A stretch of DNA of 64,000 nt from Porticoccaceae bacterium (GTDB taxonomy: Bacteria > Pseudomonadota > Gammaproteobacteria > Pseudomonadales > Porticoccaceae). Position numbers and translations under genes: made by a program. Each line of letters starts with the position of its first letter. Positions within the stretch are counted from its first letter, which is position 1. This document shows positions 1 to 8,248 of this stretch, piece by piece. Under the pieces are notes generated by a model, which was not told the origin of the DNA, made no database searches, and worked only from the letters and a program-made list of their open reading frames with translations. Location of the stretch: assembly GCA_029212965.1 (NCBI GenBank), contig JARGOV010000002.1, forward strand, positions 1,638 to 65,637. Direction: 5' to 3'.

Positions 1-92
1 CGCAGCTTATGCCGGGCTAAAGTATAGTTTTTAACCCCAGCTTTTTAAGTCACGCTTTTAAGTCGTTAATTCACGTAAAACGAGAGCAGCCG

Positions 93-704
93 ATGGTCGA
101 GCCGCAAGATCAGCAAGCGCGCCACAAGCGTAAAATGGCGAAGCAAAAAAGCCAGGTTGACCACGGTATTGCCGCCGCGCAACAAGAGCGCGGCGTGCTG
201 GTTCTACTCACCGGAGAGGGCAAAGGCAAAAGTAGTTCCGCCTTTGGCATGGTCATGCGCAGCCTTGGCTATGGCCACAAGGTGGGGGTGGTGCAGTTTA
301 TTAAGGGCGTGCAGTTATCGGGTGAAGAAATTTTTATCCGCGAACGTCACCCCGAGGTTGAACTCTACCAAATGGGCACCGGCTTTACCTGGGAAACTCA
401 GGATAGAGCCGCCGACATTGCTGCTGCCCAAACGACCTGGGCAGTAGCCGAACGCATGCTTGGCGATGCGAGTTTAAATCTGGTGGTGCTCGACGAGCTG
501 ACCTACATGTTGGGCTTTAAATATCTGGATGAAAGCCGAGTGCTAGATGTGCTTGTCCAGCGTCCGGCGGAGCAATCGGTAGTTATTACGGGTCGAGGCG
601 GGGGTAGTGCCTTGCAGACCCTGGCCGATACGGTGGCAGAAATAAAAGATATTAAGCATGCCTATAAAAACGGCATCAAGGCGCGTCTGGGTGTCGATTT
701 TTAA
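93..704 (+). CDS. cobO: Cob(I)yrinic acid a,c-diamide (corrinoid) adenosyltransferase, CobO/BtuR family
   Basis: 203-aa ORF with the P-loop-like GEGKGKSSSAFG and the VVQFIKG and LVVLDELTY blocks typical of CobA/CobO/BtuR. It is followed by a B12-type ABC importer. Confidence 0.85.
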   Translation: MVEPQDQQARHKRKMAKQKSQVDHGIAAAQQERGVLVLLTGEGKGKSSSAFGMVMRSLGYGHKVGVVQFIKGVQLSGEEIFIRERHPEVELYQMGTGFTWETQDRAADIAAAQTTWAVAERMLGDASLNLVVLDELTYMLGFKYLDESRVLDVLVQRPAEQSVVITGRGGGSALQTLADTVAEIKDIKHAYKNGIKARLGVDF

Positions 705-745
705 CGCGCGCTTTTTAGCAATCTTGTTGAGCAGGTTGTAGTCAC

Positions 746-1813
746 TTGTCGCGTATTAATCCCCGTACTTTTTTGTGGCTGGCCGCCCTGGCGCTTGTTC
801 CCGCCATGTTGTTCGGCTTGCTGCTTGGCCCCATTACCATCCCCTTCAGCGCAATTACCGATAGTCTTTTACAGCCTGGGTTACGGACTGAGCTGAACGG
901 CGAGTTGCAGAGTCAGTTTTTGATCCTTTCGCAAATCAGGTTGCCGCGTATGTTGCTGGCGGCCCTGGTGGGTGCTGGCCTGGCCATTTGCGGAGCTGCC
1001 ATGCAGGGCCTGTTTCGTAACCCCCTGGCAGACCCTTCGCTGATTGGCGTATCGGCTGGGGCCTCCGCGGGGGCCAGTTTTGTGATTGTCTTTGCCGGTG
1101 GCTGGCTGCAGGCGGGCCATGGTAATGAAACCCTGGGTTTGTCGTTAATGGCAGCGGGTGCTTTTAGCGGCGGTTTTATTGCTGTGCTGGTGGTGTATCG
1201 CCTGGCGACCTCGGCCAGCGGGCCACTCAACAGGGGAACGTCGGTGGCGACGATGCTGCTGGCAGGTATTGCCATCAGTGCACTGGCGGGTGCCTGTAAT
1301 AGCGCGTTGAGCTTTGTCGCCGATAACGACATGCTGCGTCGTATTAGTCTCTGGCAAATGGGGCGGCTAGACGGTGCCAATTGGTTGCGCGTGATTATGG
1401 CTGGACTGGCTTTGGTTTTAACCGTGGTTGGATTATTGGGGCAGAGCAAAGCCTTGAATGCCTTGTTGCTCGGCGAGTCTGAGGCCTGCTTTCTTGGCAT
1501 TGATGTCGAGCAGCTCAAGCGCCGGGTGGTGCTACTAACAGCACTCTGCATTGGCGTTTCGGTTGCGGTGGCGGGGGCTATTGCCTTCGTCGGTCTTGTT
1601 GTGCCGCATATTGTACGTTTGTTGATTGGTCCCGATCATCGCTTTCTATTACCTAGCTCGGCCCTTCTCGGTGCATTGTTGTTAGTGTTTGCCGATACAC
1701 TGTCACGGGTTATTGTGGCACCGGCGGAATTACCGGTGGGTATTGTCACTGCCTTGCTTGGCGTACCTTTCTTTTTTTCCTTGCTTGTTCGTCAGCGCAC
1801 TCGGGTGGCTTGA
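746..1813 (+). CDS. btuC: FecCD-family ABC transporter permease (vitamin B12/siderophore type, BtuC-like)
   Basis: 355-aa polytopic membrane ORF with a typical FecCD/BtuC C-terminus (ELPVGIVTALLGVPFFFSLL). Its stop overlaps the next ORF. The B12 assignment is inferred from cobO and BtuF-like neighbours. Confidence 0.7.
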   Translation: MSRINPRTFLWLAALALVPAMLFGLLLGPITIPFSAITDSLLQPGLRTELNGELQSQFLILSQIRLPRMLLAALVGAGLAICGAAMQGLFRNPLADPSLIGVSAGASAGASFVIVFAGGWLQAGHGNETLGLSLMAAGAFSGGFIAVLVVYRLATSASGPLNRGTSVATMLLAGIAISALAGACNSALSFVADNDMLRRISLWQMGRLDGANWLRVIMAGLALVLTVVGLLGQSKALNALLLGESEACFLGIDVEQLKRRVVLLTALCIGVSVAVAGAIAFVGLVVPHIVRLLIGPDHRFLLPSSALLGALLLVFADTLSRVIVAPAELPVGIVTALLGVPFFFSLLVRQRTRVA

Positions 1814-2589
1814 GGATGGCTCTGTGTGCAGAGGGCGCGAGCCTGACCATTCAGCATAAAACGCTGTTGCAGGCGACGGATGTACAGCTTGTGGCTGGAG
1901 AAATCACCGCAATATGTGGCCCGAATGGGGCCGGTAAAACGAGCCTGCTGCGAGTGCTGGCAGGAGATGCCAGTCTGAGTAGCGGGCGAGTTTGTTTAAA
2001 TGACCAACCTTTAGCTCATTGGGTGGCAACCGATAGGGCGCAGACACTGGCGGTACTGCCTCAGCACTCGAGCCTCGAGTTCGCTTTCGCAGTGGAAGAT
2101 GTTGTAGCCCTGGGTCGCACACCCCACAACAGTGGCTACCAGTATGACCGGCAAGTTGTGAGTGCGGCTCTGGCTGCCATTGATGGCGAGCAATTACGCC
2201 AGCGCAATTACATGGCGTTATCCGGTGGCGAGCAACAGCGGGTACAGCTCGCCCGTGTGCTGGCCCAGCTGTGGGAACCCTCGCCTCACGGTGAACGCCA
2301 CTTGTTACTGGATGAGCCGACGGCTTCTCTTGATCTTGCGCACCAGGTCTTGCTGCTTAACGTGCTAAAGAATTTTGCGGCGCAGGGTGTGGGTATTTGT
2401 GTCGTCGTGCACGATTTAAATTTGGCGGCACGTATGGCCGATCGCCTGCTCATTATGCAAAACGGGAGCATTGTGGCCAGCGGTTCGCCTGTCGAGGTAC
2501 TGCAGGCCGAATTGATTGCGCATGTCTTTGGGGTGCACGTTGAATTGGTTGCCCACCCCAAACACGAAATCCCGCTGGTGGTTTTGTAG
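1810..2589 (+). CDS. btuD: ABC transporter ATP-binding protein (BtuD/FecE-like)
   Basis: Walker A GPNGAGKTS, signature LSGGEQQRV, Walker B LLLDEPT. Translationally coupled on both sides (4-nt and 1-nt overlaps). Confidence 0.75.
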   Translation: MRMALCAEGASLTIQHKTLLQATDVQLVAGEITAICGPNGAGKTSLLRVLAGDASLSSGRVCLNDQPLAHWVATDRAQTLAVLPQHSSLEFAFAVEDVVALGRTPHNSGYQYDRQVVSAALAAIDGEQLRQRNYMALSGGEQQRVQLARVLAQLWEPSPHGERHLLLDEPTASLDLAHQVLLLNVLKNFAAQGVGICVVVHDLNLAARMADRLLIMQNGSIVASGSPVEVLQAELIAHVFGVHVELVAHPKHEIPLVVL

Positions 2590-3530
2590 TGCGCATTATT
2601 GTTCGATTGAAAGCGTGTCTAGCGTTGCTGGTTTCACTTTGTTTTGTGGGGCCGGTAACGGCAGAAATTAACGTTGTTGACAGCACCGGGGCGACTCTCA
2701 CTCTTGGCCAGCCCGCGCAACGTATTGTTAGTTTAGCGCCCCATCTTACTGAACTGTTGTTTGCCGCAGGCGCCGGCGAGCAACTGGTTGGTACGGTGGA
2801 TTACAGTGATTACCCCGCGGCGGCGCTAAAAATCCCTCGAATAGGGGCTTATAATTCCATCTCTGATGAGGCTATCGTCAATTTATCACCCGACCTGGTA
2901 CTGGCCTGGCAGAGTGGTAATGGCGGCGAAATGGTTGCCCGTTTAAGGGCTTTGGGCTTGTCGGTGTATGTCGACGAGCCTGATTCACTAGCGGCGATTG
3001 GCGAAAGCCTTGGTAAGCTTGGGCAACTGGCGGGAACGGAGCTTGAGGCCAGGCGAGTGATGATGGCGTATCAACAGAAGCTGCTGGAATTACGCCGCCT
3101 CTACAGCCTGCAACGACCCTTATCCGTCTTTTATCAGATTTGGGATGACCCTTTGCTCACCATTAATGGCGAACACTTGATTTCAAAAGTCATCGAATTG
3201 TGTGGCGGACGTAATGTCTTTGCCAGTGCGGTGCCGTTGGTGCCGAAGCTGAGTGTTGAATCGGTGCTCGCGCTTAACCCGCAGGTCATTCTCGCCAGCG
3301 GTGAAGAAGAGCAGCGCCGAGAGTGGCTCAAGGACTGGCAAGCGTGGCCCATGTTGGATGCCGTGAAATCGGGTCGTCTTTATTTTGTGCCCGCCAGCCT
3401 TTTACAGCGTCATACGCCACGTTTATTAGAGGGGGCAGAGTTACTGTGTCGGCAACTCGATGTGGCGCGCCAGCAGTTACCAGCGGCCGACATCCAGCAA
3501 AATGCCACAAATAGTGTATTGCGTTTATAG
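2589..3530 (+). CDS. btuF: Periplasmic cobalamin/iron-siderophore binding protein (BtuF-like, class III SBP)
   Basis: 313-aa ORF with a signal peptide (LALLVSLCFVGPVTA) and the layout of a BtuF-type binding protein. Last gene of the cobO-ABC operon. Confidence 0.65.
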   Translation: MRIIVRLKACLALLVSLCFVGPVTAEINVVDSTGATLTLGQPAQRIVSLAPHLTELLFAAGAGEQLVGTVDYSDYPAAALKIPRIGAYNSISDEAIVNLSPDLVLAWQSGNGGEMVARLRALGLSVYVDEPDSLAAIGESLGKLGQLAGTELEARRVMMAYQQKLLELRRLYSLQRPLSVFYQIWDDPLLTINGEHLISKVIELCGGRNVFASAVPLVPKLSVESVLALNPQVILASGEEEQRREWLKDWQAWPMLDAVKSGRLYFVPASLLQRHTPRLLEGAELLCRQLDVARQQLPAADIQQNATNSVLRL

Positions 3531-4835
3531 GTCGTAGCCACGCTCATCGTGCAGAGCGATATCCAGTCCTTCGGTTTCTTCATCACTGGTGACTCGCAGC
3601 CCCATTAGCGCGTCGAGCACTTTGAGTAAGATATAGGTGATAACCGCCGTGTAAATAAAGGTAGCGGCTACGCCAATGGCCTGCACGCCCAGTTGTGAGC
3701 CCATGCTCATACCCTCGGCATAACCCTGGCCGCTAAAGGCGCCGAGCTGGTCGGAGGCAAAAAAACCGGCCAGCAAGGTGCCGATAATGCCGCCGACGCC
3801 GTGCACGGGGAAGACATCTAGCGAATCATCAATTTTAAACTTCTGTTTTATGGCCTGAGTGGCGAAGTAGCAAACAATGCCGGCGCCAAAGCCGATAAGC
3901 AGGGCGCCGCCTGGCCCAACAAAACCCGAGGCGGGGGTGATGGTGCCGAGTCCGGCAACCATGCCGGTGACGATACCCAGTACTGATGGTTTGCCGTGGC
4001 GAATCCACTCCATCATCATCCACGAGAGTGAGCCGGCTGCCGCTGAGATGTGCGTCACTAGCATGGCCATGCCGGCGTCACCGTTGGCCGCTAGTGCCGA
4101 GCCACCGTTAAAGCCAAACCAGCCGACCCAGAGCATGCCCGCACCCATCACGGTCATGGTCATATTGTGGGGTGGCATGGCCTGTGAGCCAAAGCCTTTG
4201 CGGTTGCCAATAACCATGGCGGCAACCAGTGCCGCGACCCCGGCGGTGATGTGTACCACTGTTCCACCGGCAAAATCGAGCAGCCCCATTTGGCCGAGCC
4301 AGCCACCGCCCCACACCCAATGGGTGACGGGCACATACACGAGCACTAGCCAGAGCATGCTGAACACCATCATGGTGGAAAAGCGTGCCCGCTCGGCGAA
4401 GGCGCCAACAATCAGCGCTGGGGTAATAATGGCAAAGGTCATCTGGAACAGAGCGAAGACGCTTTCGGGGATGTCGCCACTTAAGGTTGATTCACCCATA
4501 TTAGCAAACAGAGCGTTGTCGAAATTGCCTATCCAGTTATTCAGGCTGCCACCATCGCCAAAGGCGAGGCTGTAGCCAAAAGTCAGCCAGACAACGGAGG
4601 CTCCGCAGGTAATGGCAAAACACTGCATCAGCACCGACAGGACATTTTTACTGCGCACCAATCCGCCGTAAAACAGTGACAGGCCGGGGATCGTCATAAA
4701 CAATACCAGTGCAGTGGAGGTCATAATCCACGCTGTATTGGCGCTGTGCATTTCGTCGGCGAAACCGGTAACCGGAGACACTAGAAGGGCTAGTAGACAC
4801 GCGCTGGGCAGGAGTTTGTTAAGAGATGGGAGCAT
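3525..4835 (-). CDS. amtB: Ammonium transporter (Amt family)
   Basis: 436-aa, roughly 11-TM ORF with Amt signatures (DFAGGTVVHITAG, VHGVGGIIGTLLAG). Its 3' end overlaps the btuF-like gene convergently by 6 nt. Confidence 0.9.
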   Translation of the reverse strand: MLPSLNKLLPSACLLALLVSPVTGFADEMHSANTAWIMTSTALVLFMTIPGLSLFYGGLVRSKNVLSVLMQCFAITCGASVVWLTFGYSLAFGDGGSLNNWIGNFDNALFANMGESTLSGDIPESVFALFQMTFAIITPALIVGAFAERARFSTMMVFSMLWLVLVYVPVTHWVWGGGWLGQMGLLDFAGGTVVHITAGVAALVAAMVIGNRKGFGSQAMPPHNMTMTVMGAGMLWVGWFGFNGGSALAANGDAGMAMLVTHISAAAGSLSWMMMEWIRHGKPSVLGIVTGMVAGLGTITPASGFVGPGGALLIGFGAGIVCYFATQAIKQKFKIDDSLDVFPVHGVGGIIGTLLAGFFASDQLGAFSGQGYAEGMSMGSQLGVQAIGVAATFIYTAVITYILLKVLDALMGLRVTSDEETEGLDIALHDERGYDL

Positions 4836-5165
4836 GGATATCGCCTGTTATAAGGTTAGTTTTGTGCCGGTGATTATCAAATACAGGTGGTCAGCCAGTA
4901 TAAAGACTGCCCTATTATTGGCCGCAGGAAAAATACTGTGTGCAATTTTAGTGAAAAAAGGGGAGATATCTAGCTTTTTTGTCGGAATGAGTAATATTTT
5001 GGTGCGCTACTTAGTGGTTTATTGGTGCGTGCTATGTTGTTCTTTGGCTATCAATTGTCGTTGTGGTTTTCTAGGTTGATTGCATTTGCCCTGTATTTCG
5101 GTGCAGGCTGTGGTCGAGGGTTATACTCAAAACTTAGGGCAGCTTTATAAAGAGAGGATTCGCTG

Positions 5166-5435
5166 ATGTCAGAAAAAAACTTACTTGAGCAGGCGCAAAC
5201 CCTGCGCGCAGAGTTAGAAAAGGCACGAGATATTGACGAGGCAAAGAGTTATCTAATGGGTGACCTGTTAAGCGAAATCATTGAGCATGTGACCAGTAAC
5301 GAAGAGAGTGATATGCCCACCCAAAAGTACAGTGATAGCTTGCGTGGTGAGGTCGCCCACTTCGAGGCAGAGCACCCTAAAATTGCCGGTATGTTAGAAA
5401 GATTAGCGACGATGTTGTCAAGCTTGGGTATTTAA
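5166..5435 (+). CDS. Small helical protein, DUF4404-like
   Basis: 89-aa acidic ORF ending in FEAEHPKIAGMLERLATMLSSLGI, as I recall for DUF4404 proteins. RBS-like GAGAGGA lies upstream. Confidence 0.5.
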   Translation: MSEKNLLEQAQTLRAELEKARDIDEAKSYLMGDLLSEIIEHVTSNEESDMPTQKYSDSLRGEVAHFEAEHPKIAGMLERLATMLSSLGI

Positions 5436-5459
5436 TGACCGGCTAATGACCTTGGGAGC

Positions 5460-6455
5460 TTATAAGCCCGTAGCAGGTGAGCTCGTCGTCAATAGGCCTA
5501 CAGTAAATCGTGCGCTGATATACCAGGTCGCTCCAGAGCCGACGAGTAGAAAGACGAGACTCCAACCAATAGCCCGCCAGCGGTAGCGAACACTGAGAAT
5601 GTTCTGCTCATCGCAGCCAATTAAAAAAGGTAGCCCGGGGGCTGTGGGTTTAGTCATGACGTGTTCTTTATCGAGTTGCGAGTTTATACGCTGCTGTCTT
5701 AGGGCTTCTTTTTTTGCCGCCTGCTGCACGTCTTTCCACTCGGCAATATCCAGCTCGCCGTCGTTATTGGTATCGTATTTTTCCAGTAAGTTAGTAAAAC
5801 TTCCTTTCCAGGAACGTAGAATATTCCCTGTCATCTTTTCGATGGAAAGGCTTCGCCGACCAGAGCTGTCGGTGCTGAAATGGCCGAGTATATACAGTGG
5901 ATCGTTCTCTTTAATCAGGCGCTCGGTATAACGATAGCGTTTGCCAATGCCAATGTTAGTGTTCAATAAACGGCCCAATGTGTTGGTCGATTTACCGCCA
6001 GGTCCACCCAATGGGTGTCGTAATCGTCCTTGCCATTTCTTAGTGTGTCGCGTCATCAAATCCGCGCCTTCGGGCTTTACCAGGCACAACCCACTGGTGT
6101 CATCGATGTGAAAAGGTTGTTCACTGGTGCCACTTTCAAGTGTTACCCAACGGTTCGACTTCCCTGAGCTTTTGTACTGTTCAATGGAGTAATACCACCA
6201 TAAACAAGGAGTGGCGCTTAGAGGGGCGCTCAGGTGTTTACCGTGGGGTTTACCGATGCCGATTAACTCGGTAAAACCCTGACTTGCAGAGCGAATCCGG
6301 GAAGTGGGCATGTCTTCGATCAAACGGGATTTTTTGAAGCTACGATAGGCGAGGTACACGGCATAACCCGAAGCGACTAATAACAAAGCAGCCCAAAGAA
6401 TAAATTGTGCTGTCGGTTCGGCGGCGATGCAGGGGCGACAGAAGAAGTGGTTCAT
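5460..6455 (-). CDS. GIDE-domain membrane protein with an embedded EF-hand loop
   Basis: 331-aa ORF with N- and C-terminal TM segments and a layout typical of bacterial GIDE (PF12483-like) proteins that pair with LemA. Canonical EF-hand loop DTNNDGELDIAE is at 5739-5774. Confidence 0.6.
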   Translation of the reverse strand: MNHFFCRPCIAAEPTAQFILWAALLLVASGYAVYLAYRSFKKSRLIEDMPTSRIRSASQGFTELIGIGKPHGKHLSAPLSATPCLWWYYSIEQYKSSGKSNRWVTLESGTSEQPFHIDDTSGLCLVKPEGADLMTRHTKKWQGRLRHPLGGPGGKSTNTLGRLLNTNIGIGKRYRYTERLIKENDPLYILGHFSTDSSGRRSLSIEKMTGNILRSWKGSFTNLLEKYDTNNDGELDIAEWKDVQQAAKKEALRQQRINSQLDKEHVMTKPTAPGLPFLIGCDEQNILSVRYRWRAIGWSLVFLLVGSGATWYISARFTVGLLTTSSPATGL

Positions 6456-6483
6456 GGCGATCTAGAAATTGCTTGATCGTTCA

Positions 6484-7059
6484 CTAAGAATTAAATAAAG
6501 CGTTAACATTCACGTCGCTAAGCTCGGCCTCTGCAAACTCCAAGAGTTCGTGGGCTTTAAAGTTAAAGCGGCTTGCGATCAGTACATCGGGAAACTGTTC
6601 AATGCGAGTATTATTGATGTTAACAGCATCATTATAAAGTTCCCGGCGGTCGGCAATGCTGTTCTCGAGATCGGTGATTCGTCCTTGCAGATGCTGAAAG
6701 GAGTCGTTGGCTTTGAGCTCAGGATAGTCTTCTGCTAACGCAAATAGCTTACCAAGGCCGCTGCGCAATTCGGTCTCAGCGGCACCGAGGGCGTTCATGT
6801 TCTGGCTTTCTCGGGCATTGGCGACAGAGTTGCGCGCTGAAACTACCTTTTCCAGGGTGTCCTGCTCGTAACCCATATATTGCTTACAGGTTGCAACTAA
6901 CTTGGGCAGTTCGTCGTGACGTTGTTTTAGTAGCACGTCGATATTGGACCAACTCTTGGTAACACGATGCTTAATGGCAACCAGGTTGTTGTAGATAACG
7001 ACAAGGTAACCAGCGATAAGCAATAGCGAAGCAAGGATGATAAATAAAGTGATGCTCAT
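6484..7059 (-). CDS. lemA: LemA family protein
   Basis: 191-aa ORF with an N-terminal TM and YNNLV...VLLKQRHDELPKLV...YPELKAN...RRELYNDAV motifs characteristic of LemA. Confidence 0.85.
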   Translation of the reverse strand: MSITLFIILASLLLIAGYLVVIYNNLVAIKHRVTKSWSNIDVLLKQRHDELPKLVATCKQYMGYEQDTLEKVVSARNSVANARESQNMNALGAAETELRSGLGKLFALAEDYPELKANDSFQHLQGRITDLENSIADRRELYNDAVNINNTRIEQFPDVLIASRFNFKAHELLEFAEAELSDVNVNALFNS

Positions 7060-7448
7060 AGTCGTTCTCTTTGCATTCTTCGTGTGTAGATGTGTCTGTG
7101 CGTGGGAAAGAAAAGGATTAAAGCTTAGGTTTTTTACGAGGGGCGGGCAACGGGCTAAATGCTAGGTACATCATAAAACGACAGGTTGCTAACGTGCTAA
7201 TTCAATTTTTGAGCTATGAGAGTCACTGAACCGGGAAACGGCTTGGACACAGGCAGGCGATAGTTTTTTACAGACGTCGATTTCGTGAGATTTCAGAAAT
7301 ATATAAAAATTAGTGGTTGGGTGGAAAGGTCGTGCGAATAAGGCCGATCGAAATATTCGATCATTACGATCAATATGTATGATTTTAATGATTGTGGCTT
7401 GGAGGATATAATGCGCTCGCAATTCAAACAAATGCTATGGAGTAGTAC

Positions 7449-8021
7449 ATGAGTGAAGTTAAAGAAGTCCCTGACGTTACTTTTAAAACCCGTGTTCGTG
7501 ATGAGTCTATTGATGGCGCAAACCCTTATCGTTGGGAAGATACAACCACTAAGGATCTTTTCGCCGGTAAGAAAGTGGTGGTTTTTTCACTGCCTGGAGC
7601 ATTCACTCCAACCTGCTCGTCAAACCACTTGCCTCGCTACGATGAGCTTTTTGAAGAGTTTAAAGCACAGGGTGTCGATGCAATAATCTGTGTTTCTGTG
7701 AACGACGCATTTGTCATGTTCAAATGGGGCAAGGAATTAGGGAATAAAAATATCACCCTGCTGCCCGATGGTAATGGTGAATTCACGGAAAAAATGGGCA
7801 TGTTAGTCGAAAAATCAAATCTGGGTTTTGGTAAACGCTCCTGGCGGTATTCTATGCTGGTTAACGACGGCAAGATTGAAAAGCTATTTTCAGAAGCTGG
7901 CTTTTCTAACAACTGCGAGACTGACCCCTTTGAAGTCTCGGATGCCGACACCATGCTGGCTTATCTGAAAGGTGAACAGGCAGCGGGCGTGTCTGCACCA
8001 CGCAAAGCCTTCGAGGGCTAG
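7449..8021 (+). CDS. Peroxiredoxin (Prx5-like, thiol peroxidase)
   Basis: 190-aa ORF with the peroxidatic motif [16 protein letters not shown] is 7 nt upstream, and a TATAAT lies at about 7407. Confidence 0.85.
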   Translation: MSEVKEVPDVTFKTRVRDESIDGANPYRWEDTTTKDLFAGKKVVVFSLPGAFTPTCSSNHLPRYDELFEEFKAQGVDAIICVSVNDAFVMFKWGKELGNKNITLLPDGNGEFTEKMGMLVEKSNLGFGKRSWRYSMLVNDGKIEKLFSEAGFSNNCETDPFEVSDADTMLAYLKGEQAAGVSAPRKAFEG

Positions 8022-8094
8022 TCTTGGTCGTTGCCCGCGAAGCGTGACGAGAACAGTTGCAACTGATCAGTTGAAGCTGATAACTCGTTGATAC

Positions 8095-8134
8095 AAACGC
8101 CTATAGAGTTGTGCTCTATAGGCGTTTTACTTTG
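8095..8134 (+). terminator. Rho-independent terminator of the peroxiredoxin gene
   Basis: Perfect 14-bp stem AAACGCCTATAGAG / CTCTATAGGCGTTT with a 5-nt loop, running into a T tract. Confidence 0.8.
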
Positions 8135-8248
8135 TTGAGTGAAATACAGTAAAGCAATTCCGAGTGACGGCCTTTAGTCGCTTGTGCCCAATTTTATCGG
8201 GCGTTTTCAAGAAAAGCCTGACGATCGAAATTGATTAAGCCGTGTCCC

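Noticed and set aside
1-92. Possible 3' part of a cobalamin riboswitch upstream of cobO
   Set aside because: Only 92 nt are available and I cannot see a B12 box (GCCACTG-like) or other conserved riboswitch elements. It cannot be supported from this fragment.
3877-4575. 232-aa plus-strand ORF, and many similar long ORFs antisense to real genes (for example 913-1551, 14757-15587, 19190-19627, 28819-29379, 29917-30450, 30561-31025, 54800-55252)
   Set aside because: They lie entirely inside well-supported genes on the opposite strand. Their composition is Pro/Ala/Arg/Ser-rich and low-complexity, typical of shadow ORFs in GC-rich coding DNA.
4859-4873. Candidate sigma-54 promoter for amtB (minus strand CGGCAC-AAAAC-TAACC)
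   Set aside because: The -12 element is poor (TAAC against TTGC) and the -24 element is imperfect. It is not strong enough to annotate.
7189-7431. 80-aa minus-strand ORF in the lemA-prx intergenic region
   Set aside because: The region is an AT-rich promoter. There is no RBS, the sequence is not protein-like, and the ORF overlaps the likely prx promoter.
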